This document shows positions 1 through 11,564 of a DNA stretch of 64,000 nt, piece after piece; within the stretch, counting starts at the first letter, position 1; each line of letters begins with the position of its first letter. A model generated the notes under the pieces. That model made no database searches, was not told where the DNA came from, and was given only the letters and a program-made list of their open reading frames with translations. The position numbers and the translations under genes are program-made. This DNA is from Chiloscyllium plagiosum (taxonomy: Eukaryota), in contig NC_057720.1 in NCBI RefSeq assembly GCF_004010195.1, positions 24,920,500 through 24,984,499 on the forward strand, read 5' to 3'.

Positions 1-4
1 ATAT

Positions 5-161
5 AGATTCTGGATTAGTGGTGCTGGAAGAGCACAGCAGTTCGGGCTTTTGCCCGAAATGTCAATTTTACTGCTCCTCGGATGCTGCCTGAACTGCTGT
101 GCTCTTCCAGCACCACTAATCCAGAATCTGGCTTCCAGCATCTGCAGTCATTGTTTTTACC
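5..161 (+). mobile_element. Short fold-back derivative of a Neptune-type Penelope-like terminal repeat
   Basis: Perfect 39-bp inverted repeat (5-43 / 91-129). The loop holds a hammerhead remnant GGGC-TTTT-GCCC-GAAA-TGTC. The tail CAGCATCTGCAGTCATTGTTTTTACC matches the end of the element at 57463-57488. Confidence 0.85.
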
Positions 162-189
162 CGGTCAGAATACATAATTTGCCCTGATT

Positions 190-460
190 CACCTTTTAAA
201 GGTGGTGGCGAATGGCTGTAGACCATGTGTTGTAAGTAGACCCCATGCCCTTGGAGTGGAATTCCAGGACTTAAACTTCCTGCACCATCATAAGGTTTTT
301 TGGCTTTGCCCAGGTAAGGATAATGAGTGACTTGGAGAGAGTTGCAGGTAATTAGTATTTGCTAACCTTGACCTTCTAGATGGAAGAAGTCCTGTTTGGA
401 AGATGCTCTTTCAGGATCTTTGAATTTTTTGCAGCACGTCTTGTAGATGGTGCACATTGC
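190..460 (-). mobile_element. Degenerate 3' fragment of a CR1-clade LINE (same family as 59170-61055)
   Basis: Reverse complement resembles 60780-61030 (CCATCTAGAAGG..AAGG, GGTGGTG, GGGCAAATTA tail). Confidence 0.5.
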
Positions 461-1189
461 CGCTACGGAGTTTGTATCTGGATGGATTGTTTTGGTGCAA
501 CAACATTGTGTTTTCAAAGTAATGCAACAAGTCTTTTTTAAAAAAAAATACAACCGTTGGTCACCAAGTGGTTAGCATGTTCCCTCTTGGCTTATAAAAA
601 GCCAGGAAATTGTGCAAAACTAAAGCACTAGATTGGCTTTGTTGGATTATGTCTACTCTGGGCAAAACACTGCAAGTTTCAGGAAAAGAGAATTAATTTC
701 AGAACTGCAATTTTGCGAACTGGATTAGATTTGAGGCATTTTGAAATGAATGACTTTAGATTTAAAGGTGGTGATAGCATCAACATTTTGCCATTGGCAA
801 AAGAACCAAGGTATGTGAGGAAAACCTTTTTTGAGATTAGGATTTGATGTTTACACTGTATGGGATGGTGAAAATGGATTGGGTAGCAGCCTTAAAATTG
901 AATCAATATTTGAACGAGAAAATGTAGGTATGCAAGAAACAAACAGGAGTGAGGCTAATTGGATTGTTCTGTTCCTTATCAGATGTCTGACTTTAAATGG
1001 TTCTCCTCTGCAATATTCTAGGCTGATTTGAGCTCAAAAAGGGAAGTTTTGATTTGTGGAGATCAGCGCACTCTTTCTGTTGACTTGAGATGCCACTAGG
1101 TGTAACTCTCTAAATTTAGAAATCAGAATTAAACTAAACCCATTCAAGTTTCTCCTTCACATCCCTCAGCCCTGTGGAATAATCAGGTT

Positions 1190-1900
1190 TTGGCCATTCG
1201 GGACTAAGTGTTGGAAGTATCATTGACAGTGCTGTCAAGTGGCACTTGCTCAGCAATAACCTGATTGTTGATCAATTGGGCTTCCACCAGAAACCACTTT
1301 TAACATACCTTGGTTAAGAGCTGAATTCTAGATTGCATTTGACAGGAGCCAGAGGAATGATTGAACCAATAGCTGGAATTGTACCTTGCACAAGGTGTTG
1401 GAGGCAAAACACTTCAGCTGTTTATAACAGTGCAGGCACTCTTAAGAATCTTGGGCTCTCTTCAGCTGCTTGATCAATGACCATCCATCCATTTCAAGTC
1501 CTGAATAGGTGTTCACTGTGGTGATAGCAGCCATTTGTAACATAGTTGAAGTGGCCCAGGCAATAAGACATGAACAGATTCAGGCTTGGGCTGATATTTG
1601 GTACAAATGTTAATTGTCCTACTTAAATGTAGGGAACTAACTATTTCTAAGAATTTAACCACCACCTCTTTGGCATAAGCAACATTAACATTGCCTCACC
1701 TAAATCTTGGGGTCACCATGTCTTGAATTTCCATATGTTTATAGCTTTGCGGCAGTAAAAGCACAGAATGAGGTAGGGTAATTTGTGAACAGCTGCTTTC
1801 CTGACAGCCTCATGTGTAAAAGTTGCCAGTGTATTCTTCATTTGCTTTGGTCAACTCCATTCTAAATTTTTAAATTCTACACCATCCAGGACAGTGAGTT
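1190..1900 (+). mobile_element. Degenerate CR1-clade LINE reverse-transcriptase fragment
   Basis: Similar to 59900-60700 (GAGCTGAATTC, TGCATTTGACAG, CAGGCTTGGGCTGA, GGGGTCACCAT, CACCATCCAGGACA). Confidence 0.55.
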
Positions 1901-4119
1901 GTACTTTTTTTCTCACCCGCCATTGGTACATCTTGTCAAAACTCCTTTCTTTGATAGCTTTTTAAAAATGCAACATGCTTTCCGATCTGTACTTGGAGTT
2001 TTTCTTTAAAGCTGCCTGTTTTCATGCTGAAGTGGCAAGTAAATGTTACATTTGCAACATCATATTTCTGTCAGATAAGGGAACTTGGTTGTTTAGATAG
2101 ATGTTGTCGTCTTGTTTGGAAAGAAATGCATAGCTTATGAATCTCATGGCCTGATTAACCTTAAATATTGGACTGGAGAAATAATTTAAATGCTTGTGGC
2201 AAAGAACAATGTTAGTATTGTGACATGAACACTTGTCACAGCAAGACTACCTTTAATTGAGAAATAGTGGGCTATTCTGATTTAAAAGTTCAGAGCTGAG
2301 TGCCTTCAGGAAAGGAATGCTGAAGTGTATTTCTTATCCTTGATAGGTGTGCTTCAGTTTAGCATATCATTCAAAAGATGCCTAGATGTCCAGGATGTAA
2401 ATTGATTGGATACCTCTTTCAGCCTAACAGATAACCAGAATTAACTTTGGAATATCAGGCATGCCCTTTCCACTAATGAGTTGGAAGAGGTTAACCAGAA
2501 AGTCTAAAGTTTTCAAGCCCATGGAACTGAGGACAAACTGTTGACCTCTGGAAATTACCTGCTGTACTGTGTTGGAGGCAATCTGTCAATGCGAATAGTT
2601 ACTTCACACAAAGGACTGTACTGGGCTTCAACTAGTCACCAGTCTTTTTATTCCTGAGTTTGTATAGGAAACTACATTCAAATTTGCTCAAACAATCAAT
2701 GTAGGTTTAAGTGTAAATTAAGTATAGATTAACTAAACAAACTGTAGTGAATGGATTTCAATTTGTGACTTGATTTAACTACTGCTTTCTATCTGAAGGA
2801 TAGATTGGAGCAATTTATTAATGAAGCTATACAACTAGAAATGCAAATACTTCACATAGAGAAAGGAAGGTGGTGGGGTCCAAGCACACACTAACAGATT
2901 GAAATACACCAACAAGGTGGATGGAGTGCCTAATTCTCATGCAGACTACACTCGTAGAAGTTGTGCTATAGCTACAAAGTCCTAGCTTAACCATTGTCAA
3001 AATCCTGTAACCAATTCTGGGCTTCAAACTTTTGACCAGATGTAATGGCTTCAGGTGTAGGTTTGCTTGCTAGTATGATCCAGGACTCGATGGTGAAATT
3101 GAGAAATTTCACAAACTGTATGGTTTTATTCCTTGGGGATGGGCTGGGGTTAGAAAGTATACTAACAAGGTGTTTTGATTTGAAAAGTTGCCTTTTTAAT
3201 GGGGTGCTAGGAATATCTAGTAATTGGGAGTATATCTTAAACTGCAGGTATACCTTAAAATGCTACACTTTTTTTTTCCCCCACCTTTTTTGAATTGTAG
3301 CTTTTTTTTAAATGGTGATTGATGGATCTATTAACTCTTCAGCTGGTGATTTGGCTAACAAGTCTATAAAAGACTAAATAATCTGAAGAAAAGTTGGATC
3401 TCTGGAGCTAAGGTTTCAAAAGAAAGGTTAAACAGGTTTGGGGGTTAAGTGAACTACTCTTATGTTCCAACACCAATCATGACCACTTCCTCTATACCTT
3501 TTTTTTCCTATGACCATATTCCCTTATTGTACTGAGGTCTTGGAACCCAAATTGCTTTTTAACTATTATTGGTTCGACCATCCTGGAGAAATACTGTGGA
3601 TGCTAGAGACTTGAAGTGCTGCTTTTTCTACCGGAGCTGAGTTAACATTTGGTTTGACTTGATCAATTGTACCATTGGTATTGTGGGAATTTGTGTACAT
3701 TGGCTGTGCTCACCAATATTTTGGCTGCTGTGAAGTGCTTGGGAATGATCTAAGGGCATGGGTGCTAGACAAATGAGTTAGCCAAAAAAGCCATTAAGAT
3801 CTCCCTTTTCTAAATATTTCTTCACTAAGACATCACTCTTTCCAAATTAAATTTAATTTTCACAATGGAAAGCAATTTCAAATTTTTGAATATACAATAA
3901 ATTTGCATCAAGGCTTCCTTTGAAAGCTGTAAATTTCTGGCTTTGATTACACTTCCTCCCTTACAGCATATGGGTGCACTTACATTAATAGACTACTGTG
4001 ATTCAAGAAAGTAACTGACCACCGCCTTGAGGGTAATTAGGGATAGGCAGTAAGATCCAGTGTCAACTCTATCCTGTGACAGAATATTTTTTTAGTCATT
4101 GACTTGTTCATTCAGGTTT

Positions 4120-4432
4120 GGGGTGGCATGGTGGCTCAGTGGTTAGCACTGCTGCCTCACAGTGCCAGGGACCAGGGTTCAATTCCCACCTCTGGCAACT
4201 GTCTGTGGAGTTTGCACATTCTCCCTGTCTGTGTGGGTTTCCTTCGGGTGCTCCGGTTTCCTCCCACAGCCCAAAAATGTGCAGTTCAGGTGAATTGGCC
4301 ATGCTAAATTGTCCAGTGTTAGGTGCATTAGTCAGGGGTAAATGTAGGGGAATGGGTCATGGTGGGTTGCTCTTCGGAGGGTCGGTGTGGACTTGTTGAG
4401 CTAAAGGGCCTGTTTCCACACTAAGTAATCTC
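4120..4432 (+). mobile_element. HE1-like V-SINE (tRNA-derived), near full length
   Basis: Pol III A box TGGCTCAGTGG and B box GGTTCAATTCC. V-domain GTGGAGTTTGCACATTCTCCC...GGGTGCTCCGGTTTCCTCCCACAG. CR1-like 3' tail GGGCCTGTTTCCACACT. Confidence 0.9.
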
Positions 4433-4479
4433 ATTTTTTTGAATGTAAAACTAGTCTTGGCATGTTTCTGGATGTTTAG

Positions 4480-5187
4480 ACAGTACTAACACTATCCCCT
4501 CTGAGATAGAGGAAGGTAAGAGGTAGAGGAGTCGTATTACTAATTAGGAGAATGTCATGCTTGCTCTTGGAGGGCTCATCCACTGAGGTAATATGGATAG
4601 AGGTCAAAAATAAAGATGGGTGCAATCACACTGATAGGATTATACAATGGGCTCCTCAACCAAGACATTGAGGAACAAATATATAGACTGGTTATGGAAA
4701 GATGAGTTGTCAGTGAGTTTTTTCCCCAGTATTGATTGAGCAAGAGGCCTAGACAAGGCAGAATTTAAATACATGCAAGAGAGTTTCTTGAAAGTGTGCA
4801 TAGTCCAAGAGGAGGGGCCATAATGAATTGGTATTGGCTAATGAACTTGGTCATGTGACTCTCCTTTAGGAGGGTACAGAGGAACCTAGATTATCTGAAG
4901 GACACGGTTGGGGAGTATTGTTTGGTTAATTAAATGCCTGATAACTAGCCAAGCATCGGGACCTTGCAATCTTGTTTGGATAATCTGAAATTCGGTTAAT
5001 TGAGGTTGCTCTGAATTTTTGGAAGTAGTAATCGCAACTCTAGTTTTAAGATAACTATGAATAATGAGTCTGACCTTGCGGGATGGTACTAATTTGGGGA
5101 AGGGCAAATTGTCAATATTAGGCAGATGTGAGGGAGTATTGATTTTTGGGGAGCTTTTATTGGGGCAAGTCCACATTTGACATGGGT
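4480..5187 (+). mobile_element. CR1 LINE endonuclease-region fragment, degenerate
   Basis: Decayed IWIEVKNK..G....GLY.GPP-like coding near 4590-4660 (CR1 WVEL.N..G....GxYYRPP), continuing to the 5540 fragment. Confidence 0.6.
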
Positions 5188-5525
5188 GAGGCAATGGCCT
5201 ATTGGTATTATCACTGGACTTTGAATTCAGGGACAGAAATAATGTTCTGAGGACCTGGATTGAATTATGCCACAGCAGACGATGGAATTTAAATTAAATA
5301 AATATCTAGAATTAAGAGTAATGGTAACAATGAAACAGTTGTCAGAAAACCCCATCTGGTTCATTAATGAACTCTAGGGAAAGGAAACTGCTATCCTTTC
5401 CTGGTCTGGCCTAAAGTGACTCCAGACTCTCAGCAATGTGATTTGACTCTAACTGCCCTCAGGGCAATTAAGAGCAATAAATTTAAAAAAAAAACCTGGC
5501 AGTGATCTCCTCATCCTGGTGATTT
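5188..5525 (+). mobile_element. SacSINE1-like DeuSINE inserted in CR1
   Basis: tRNA-like head GAGGCAATGGCCTATTGGT. Deu-like core AAAACCCCATCTGGTTCATTAATG...GGTCTGGCCTA..GTGACTCCAGAC..CAGCAATGTG. Tail GGGCAATTAAG.GCAATAAA. Confidence 0.8.
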
Positions 5526-5539
5526 TGAGGTTTTTAAAA

Positions 5540-6440
5540 AGTTGTTTTAAAAACCTGAGTTCAGAATGTGCAAGTTCCAGTAAAGAGCAAGAATAAAGTA
5601 AGGGACCCTTGGATAATGAGGTTGTGAATCTAGTCAAAAGGGAAAAAATACGTAAGGGTTAAGAATTGAAATCTGTCAGGATGTAAGTGGAATGTATGGG
5701 GAGGGGAGTGGAAAAGGGAATTACAGCAAGAAGGGGCCATGAAATGACCTTGGCAAGTGGGGTTAAAGAGAATCTAAGGCTTTCTATACAAGTCTATAGC
5801 TCCCTGAAATTGGCCACCTGAGTAGATAGGGTGATAAAGAAAGCGGATGGCACGCTTACCTTGTTGATCAGGGAATTGAGTACAAGTTAGGATGTAATGT
5901 TGCAGCTTTTAAGACTTTGTTTAGGCCTCACTTAAACTATGGTGTTCAATCTGGTTGCCACGTTACAGGAAGGACGTGGGGGCTTTCGAGCAAGTGCAGA
6001 AGAGGTCTACCAGAATGCTGCCAGGTTTGGAGGGTATGAGCTTTAAGGAGAGGCTAGAAAAACCTGGGTGGTTTTCTTTTCTGGAATGATGGAGATTTGC
6101 TAGAGAGCTATAAAATTGAAATGTATAGATAGGACTGGTCAGAATCTTCTCTGTTGAAATATCTTACTAGAGGGCATGCAGTTAAGGGGGGAGGGGGGCA
6201 AGTTCAAAGGAGATGAAGGGCAGGGTTTTAAAGAGTGATAGGAGTCTGCAGCACACTACCAAGGGTGGTGTTGGAGGTAGATATAAGGGTATTTAAGTGA
6301 TTTTTAGATAAGTGCACAAATATGCAAGGAATGGATAGATTTGGACCAAGGGCAAGCAGAAGGGATTAGTTTAATTTGGTGTCATGGTCAGCACAACCAT
6401 GGCTGAAGAGCCTGTTCCTGTGCTTTACTGTTCGATGTAT
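5540..6440 (+). mobile_element. CR1 LINE RT C-terminus and 3' UTR
   Basis: Decayed L..RPHL.Y...W and ..VQKR.TRMLPG..G.S..ERL coding. Ends CCTGTTCCTGTGCTTTACTGTTC. Confidence 0.85.
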
Positions 6441-6764
6441 CCCCATTCAGCCCTCTAACTCCCCATTTGGAGGGATATGCAATGTTTTTAGTTGCCTAGA
6501 CCTTGGGTATGCTTTTTCTTGACAAAGTTGATTATTTTCCCCAGTCATCTGAAGTTCCTGAATCCTGTCCTGCACCCTAATCAACTCATCTTTTAAAAGA
6601 TTTCTACATGTCAGAGTGGATTTACCCTCAAACAGCTCCCAACTCATTCTCCATTTGTCTAATTTGGTTGTAATTGCCCCCTTGCCTGCAAGAGTTTAAC
6701 ACCATTTGAGGTCCACTCTTGTCCTTATCCATAAATATCTAAATTTGTTGAATTAGTCTGTTTA

Positions 6765-7130
6765 CAGCTTGGAAACCGGTCCTTTGGTCCAACTTGTCCA
6801 TGCTGACCAGGTATCTAATCTAGTCTCATTTGTCAGCATTTGGCCCATATCCCTCTCAACCTTTCCTATTCACATACCCATCCAGATGTCTTTAAATGTA
6901 ATTGTACCAGCCTCCCCTTCCTCTAGCAGCTTGTTCCATACATGTGCTACCCTAACTGGAAAAAATTGCCACTTAGGTCCCTGTTTAAATATATCTTTTT
7001 CACCTTAAATCTTTGTCTTCCTAGGTTTGTACTCACCCAGGGGAAAAGATCTTGACCATTCACTTTATCCATTCCCCTCATGATCTTAAATTTCTAAGGT
7101 TGCCTCATAGCATCTGATGCTCCAAGGTCA
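6765..7130 (-). mobile_element. CR1 LINE 3' end fragment
   Basis: Reverse complement of the CR1 3' UTR (GGAAAC.G.CCTTTGGTCCAAC, TGGCCCATATCCCTC, AATTGTACCAGCCTCC). Confidence 0.8.
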
Positions 7131-10100
7131 ATATTCCTAAAATCCTGTTAGACTTGCTTTTGTAACTAAGTTCTAGTCCACCCTGCTGGATGTGGCAAGT
7201 GAGAGTTTATGTAGAGAAGCTGGTTTGTTACTGTCCGGTTTTGTTATTGGATGAATAGTTTGGCAAGTCACACCTACATCTGAAGGATTTGTTCTAGCCA
7301 ATGCTGGAGTTCCTTGATGAAGAGACATTAAATATCTGGAAATCCATACGCTTTAAGTAAAACTGAATGTTGGGACAAAATGACATTTTAGGAAAGCCAA
7401 CAAGGTGAAGAAACACTATTTTATTTGAAGTGAATGAAGCTGAATAACCTAAAGAAATAGATAAACTTTGCCCTTTAATACCCAACTCCTACAACTTTCT
7501 GAGAACCACTTTGATAAACCATTGTCCAACCTGCAATTGTTTCCAGACCAAGTCTTGTATACTGCAAGATTAAGATTCTTCAAAGGGGACTTTGGCACAG
7601 CTAGTTTAGAAGCTTGTGCTCTTAAATTATGCCTGTGATTAATTCCAGATTCATCTTAGAATTAATTTTAATCCTCCAATTTTGAAGTGAACCAAATAGA
7701 TATGTATGTTTTAAATGCTCCTGTCCTAGCTACCCAGCACAAATTTGATCCTAATCAATTCCTATGGAACAGGAAAGAAATCTTGTAAAAAGAAATCAAT
7801 CTTGGCCACAGAAGTTTAATGATCGGGCAGAAGGTCTCAATGTTTAATTTGTGACTTAAAATCAACATTTCTAACCTTCTCTTTTTCCACCCACCCCCAC
7901 CCTGAAGAAAAATTGAGGTTGCCTTTTTGTGTATTGTATCTGGGAGTAGTGACAACTTTCCACTTCTGAACTGCTTGAACTAACATTTGAAAGATGCTGT
8001 TTATTTTTTAAACCTGAAAGCCTTTTCTTTACTCCTATGGTCTGGCTGTGCAGTTTCCAGCTTTTCCCACTTAGAGCCTCCAATTCAACATAGGAGTAAA
8101 CTTCTCCCAGTGTGGTGCCCTTTACTCCTAAATGCCACTTGAGTATAAATGGGGTATGTATTTATGGCAATGTAACTGGGCTGGGCACCAGGTGTCAAAT
8201 TTGAGGATGAATTTGAGTTGAATTTGATGAAATTCCAATTCTATGCATTAGTATTGGCTGTTTTTAATCACTCATTTAAGTTACGTTTTAGTTAATGCTT
8301 GGGTGGGTGATCAGTGTAATAGACCTATTCATGGTTGTTTTTTCATTTTAACAAACTTAGTGATCTGAGCATGTCTGTATCTTGGATATGAGAAGTATAA
8401 GTCTGAATTGAGGGTAAGGTGCAGAGTTGCTTAGTTTTGAATACTATCCAGTTTCTTTGCATTTGGAGTTTGCCATTAATGCAGTAGTTGCTTAGAGAAG
8501 TGGTGATATATTTGGACATTCACTTCACCTTTATCAATCGTTTTTAGTCTACAGCACTGCCTCTACAGAGTAGCACATGTATGCTATGCCAATTTGTGGG
8601 AGCTGGTGAAGGTGTGACTTCTCCAACCTTGTCCATGCACAGAATCTCCAAGAAAGCAATATTCCTCATTTTAAAAAACTTAGGCATTTTTATAAATGAA
8701 ATCAATTTTACTTTCTCTTCCTGTTGGAGTGCAAGTTTGTTTTGTGATGACAAACCAATTCTCAAACATGATGCCCCATGCTTCATGGGGGGTGGGGGGG
8801 GAGGAGGAATGATCTTTAATGAATGATTAAAATCAGTTGGCTGCTGAGTTTACTGTGGTATATTAATATTCTAATATATTGTTCACATTCCAATGTTGTG
8901 TGGTTAGTGACCACATGACACCAAACAGTTTGACCAAATATCTTTAACTGTGCTTCCCACGTCGACAAACTGGTTGATTTTAATTTTGTACATTTTTTTT
9001 TCCTAGGGTTATGCCCAGGATTTGAAGCTAATAGAAGGCATTTTATTTCACAGGTTGACAAAGCAAATGCAGAATACTAGATGCTGGAAACATTCAGCAA
9101 GTCTGGTAACTTCTGTGAAGAGGAATTAGGAGTAGACCTTTTGGCAACTCATTCCACCATTTTAATAAGATCATGTTTGAACTGATTATGGCATCAAATC
9201 CATATGGACTTACCCATAACCTTATTCATGACAGACAAGCAAGTGCAACCTGCCTTCAAAGTATCCTCAGCACATGCTCTGGCTTTCGAGAGATTTAACC
9301 CTTTTTTAAAAATGGCCTCTGAAAGAAGAGCAGACTGCCTTCAAGATGACGTTCTCTAGTTCTAAGTTATTCTACAAAGATTCATTGAATCCTATAATGT
9401 GGAAGCAAGCTATTTGGCCCCTTGAGTGCACACTGACCCTTTGGAAGTGTTCTACCTGGACCCACCCCCTACCCTACCACATGGTTTACCATGTTTTAGT
9501 GAGACAAGGTAGATGTAACCTGCTATGTTTGTCATGAATGAGGTTGGATTCTAACTCTAGATTACTGCATCAGTGGGGTGTGCTTTATGCCAAGATTGTG
9601 GATTTTTTTAAAAAAAGTGACCTTTCTCTTTTGAGGTCTGACATGACGAGGTACTGAAAGAAAAATGTGTACTGGGGGAAGTCTGTGGACCTCTTTTACT
9701 GACCTGTGGGGAACTTGGTGTTGTTGCAGTACAAGTCACAGGATTGTGATAAGAATCATGAGACTCTCCAATTAAAGTCTGGAATGCAGAATATGACCTT
9801 AGCAGCAAACCCCCTGGGCTACATTCCCATAAAGTAGCATTTTAGTTCATCTTTTGCCTTTACTTAACTTTAGAAATCTGGGCTATGATTATTTTATACT
9901 GTCCTGAAATTAGCATTCTCCTTTTCCCCTTTCCTCCCACCCGTCCCACTCAAGTCTACTTGCAATTGCTTTAAGAGGATCCCAAAGCTAATCTTTCCCC
10001 TCTAAGCAGATTGGAAATATTACCACCAGACTGCTGCTTATGTGCCTCTCCCACAATTTCCTCTTTAAATTACTTCAATATGCTTTGTCCTCCATAGTGC

Positions 10101-10662
10101 TTCTCTGCACTGGTCAAAATGATCAATTTCATGACTGACTAATACATCCATTTCTTGTACTACTTGACTACTGCATAGCACTGAATGCAATTCATTTTTT
10201 CCTCATGGTTTGTGCACCTTGGTGTCCATAAGGTAGAGATGAAATTCTAATAGTTATATTGACACCAGATTTATTTCCTGTGAAACTGCAGCCAGCATTT
10301 TGCTGAAGGTATAGATGAACCATCACTTTCTTCAATTAAGCTATCGAGATTGAAGTCATACCATCGAGCTCAGTAATCCTGATTTGAGTCTAAATTCAAC
10401 TTGATTTGAAACTGACTTCAAGTTTTGTAAGAATTGGCATGCAAGTTTGCAGATGACGCCAACATTGGAGGTGTAGTGGACAGCAAAGATTACAACAGGA
10501 TCTTGACTAGATGGGCCAGTGGGCTGAGAAATGGCAGATGGAGTTTAATTCGGATAAATACGAGGTGCTGCACTTTGGGAAAGCAAATCTTAGCAGAACT
10601 TGCACTTAATGGTAAGGTCCTAGGGAATGTTGCTGAACAAAGAGACCTTGGAGTGCAGGTTC

Positions 10663-11305
10663 TGTTGTGGAGAAAATAGGGGATCACCAGGAGACTGAGT
10701 TCAAGAAGTAGGTCTTTTATTTGCAAACAAAAACTGTGACACTGAGGAAAGCAGATTCTCAAATGCCCCTGAACCTCGGTCTGTGGACTCTTATATTTTT
10801 TATCATGTTTCTGTTAGCTTATCAGCATGTCCAACTATATTAATCAAAGTACCTCTTCAGCTACACAATAAACCAGTCATGTTAGTTCCCATTATCTCTT
10901 TAGTTGTACATTCTACTTAATGTTATTCTAATGTCAGTTACATATTTATTGATAACTCAGCTACAGTGATCTTTCCATTCCAGACTAACCTATCATGATA
11001 GATATTTAGCTATTCCATCTATTACTAGAGTTTCCTGTCTCATGACTCTATTAATTATTAGATATTTTAATGTCATGTCCCAAATATTTATGGTCCCAAT
11101 CTTGTCATAATGACACTTAACAGAGAAACTTGCTTTATTACTTGTTATATCATCTCGCCATGGTGACCTTTCAGCCTTCACCTTACTCTGCTAATTGGTG
11201 TAAGTGTTCTCCACTCTGGTTATCCCATCTTGCCTTCCACAGACCACAGATTGCCAGTGGTCTTCATGCTTTAACCCTTCCCATGCTTTCATGTTCTTTT
11301 CCATA
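10663..11305 (-). mobile_element. Solo LTR (about 643 bp)
   Basis: Interrupts the CR1 motif GTGCAG-GTTC-ATAGC with a 4-bp duplication GTTC (10659-10662 / 11306-11309). Termini TGTTGTGGAGAAAA...TTTTCCATA are imperfectly inverted. Minus-strand AATAAA about 50 nt from the minus-strand 3' end. Confidence 0.7.
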
Positions 11306-11564
11306 GTTCATAGCCCCCTGAAAGTGGAGTCGCAGGTAGATAGAATAGTGAAGAAGGCATTTGGTATGCTTTCCTTTTGGTCAGTGTGTTGAGTACAGGA
11401 GTTGGGAGGTCATGTTGTAGCTGTACAGGATTCTTTTCCATAGTTCATAGCTCCCTGAAAGTGGAGTCATAGGTAGATAGAATAGTGAAGGCATTTGGTA
11501 TGCTTTCCTTTTGGTCAGATTATTGAGTACATGAGTTGGGAGGTCCTGTTGCAGCTGTACAGGA
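11294..11564. repeat. Diverged tandem duplication, 137/134-bp units (11294-11430, 11431-11564)
   Basis: Both units begin TTCTTTTCCATAGTTCATAGC and end GCTGTACAGGA, with roughly ten substitutions and one 3-nt indel. Confidence 0.9.

Noticed and set aside
4120..4195. tRNA-like A/B boxes
   Set aside because: Head of a SINE continuing into V-domain and LINE-like tail; not a tRNA gene.
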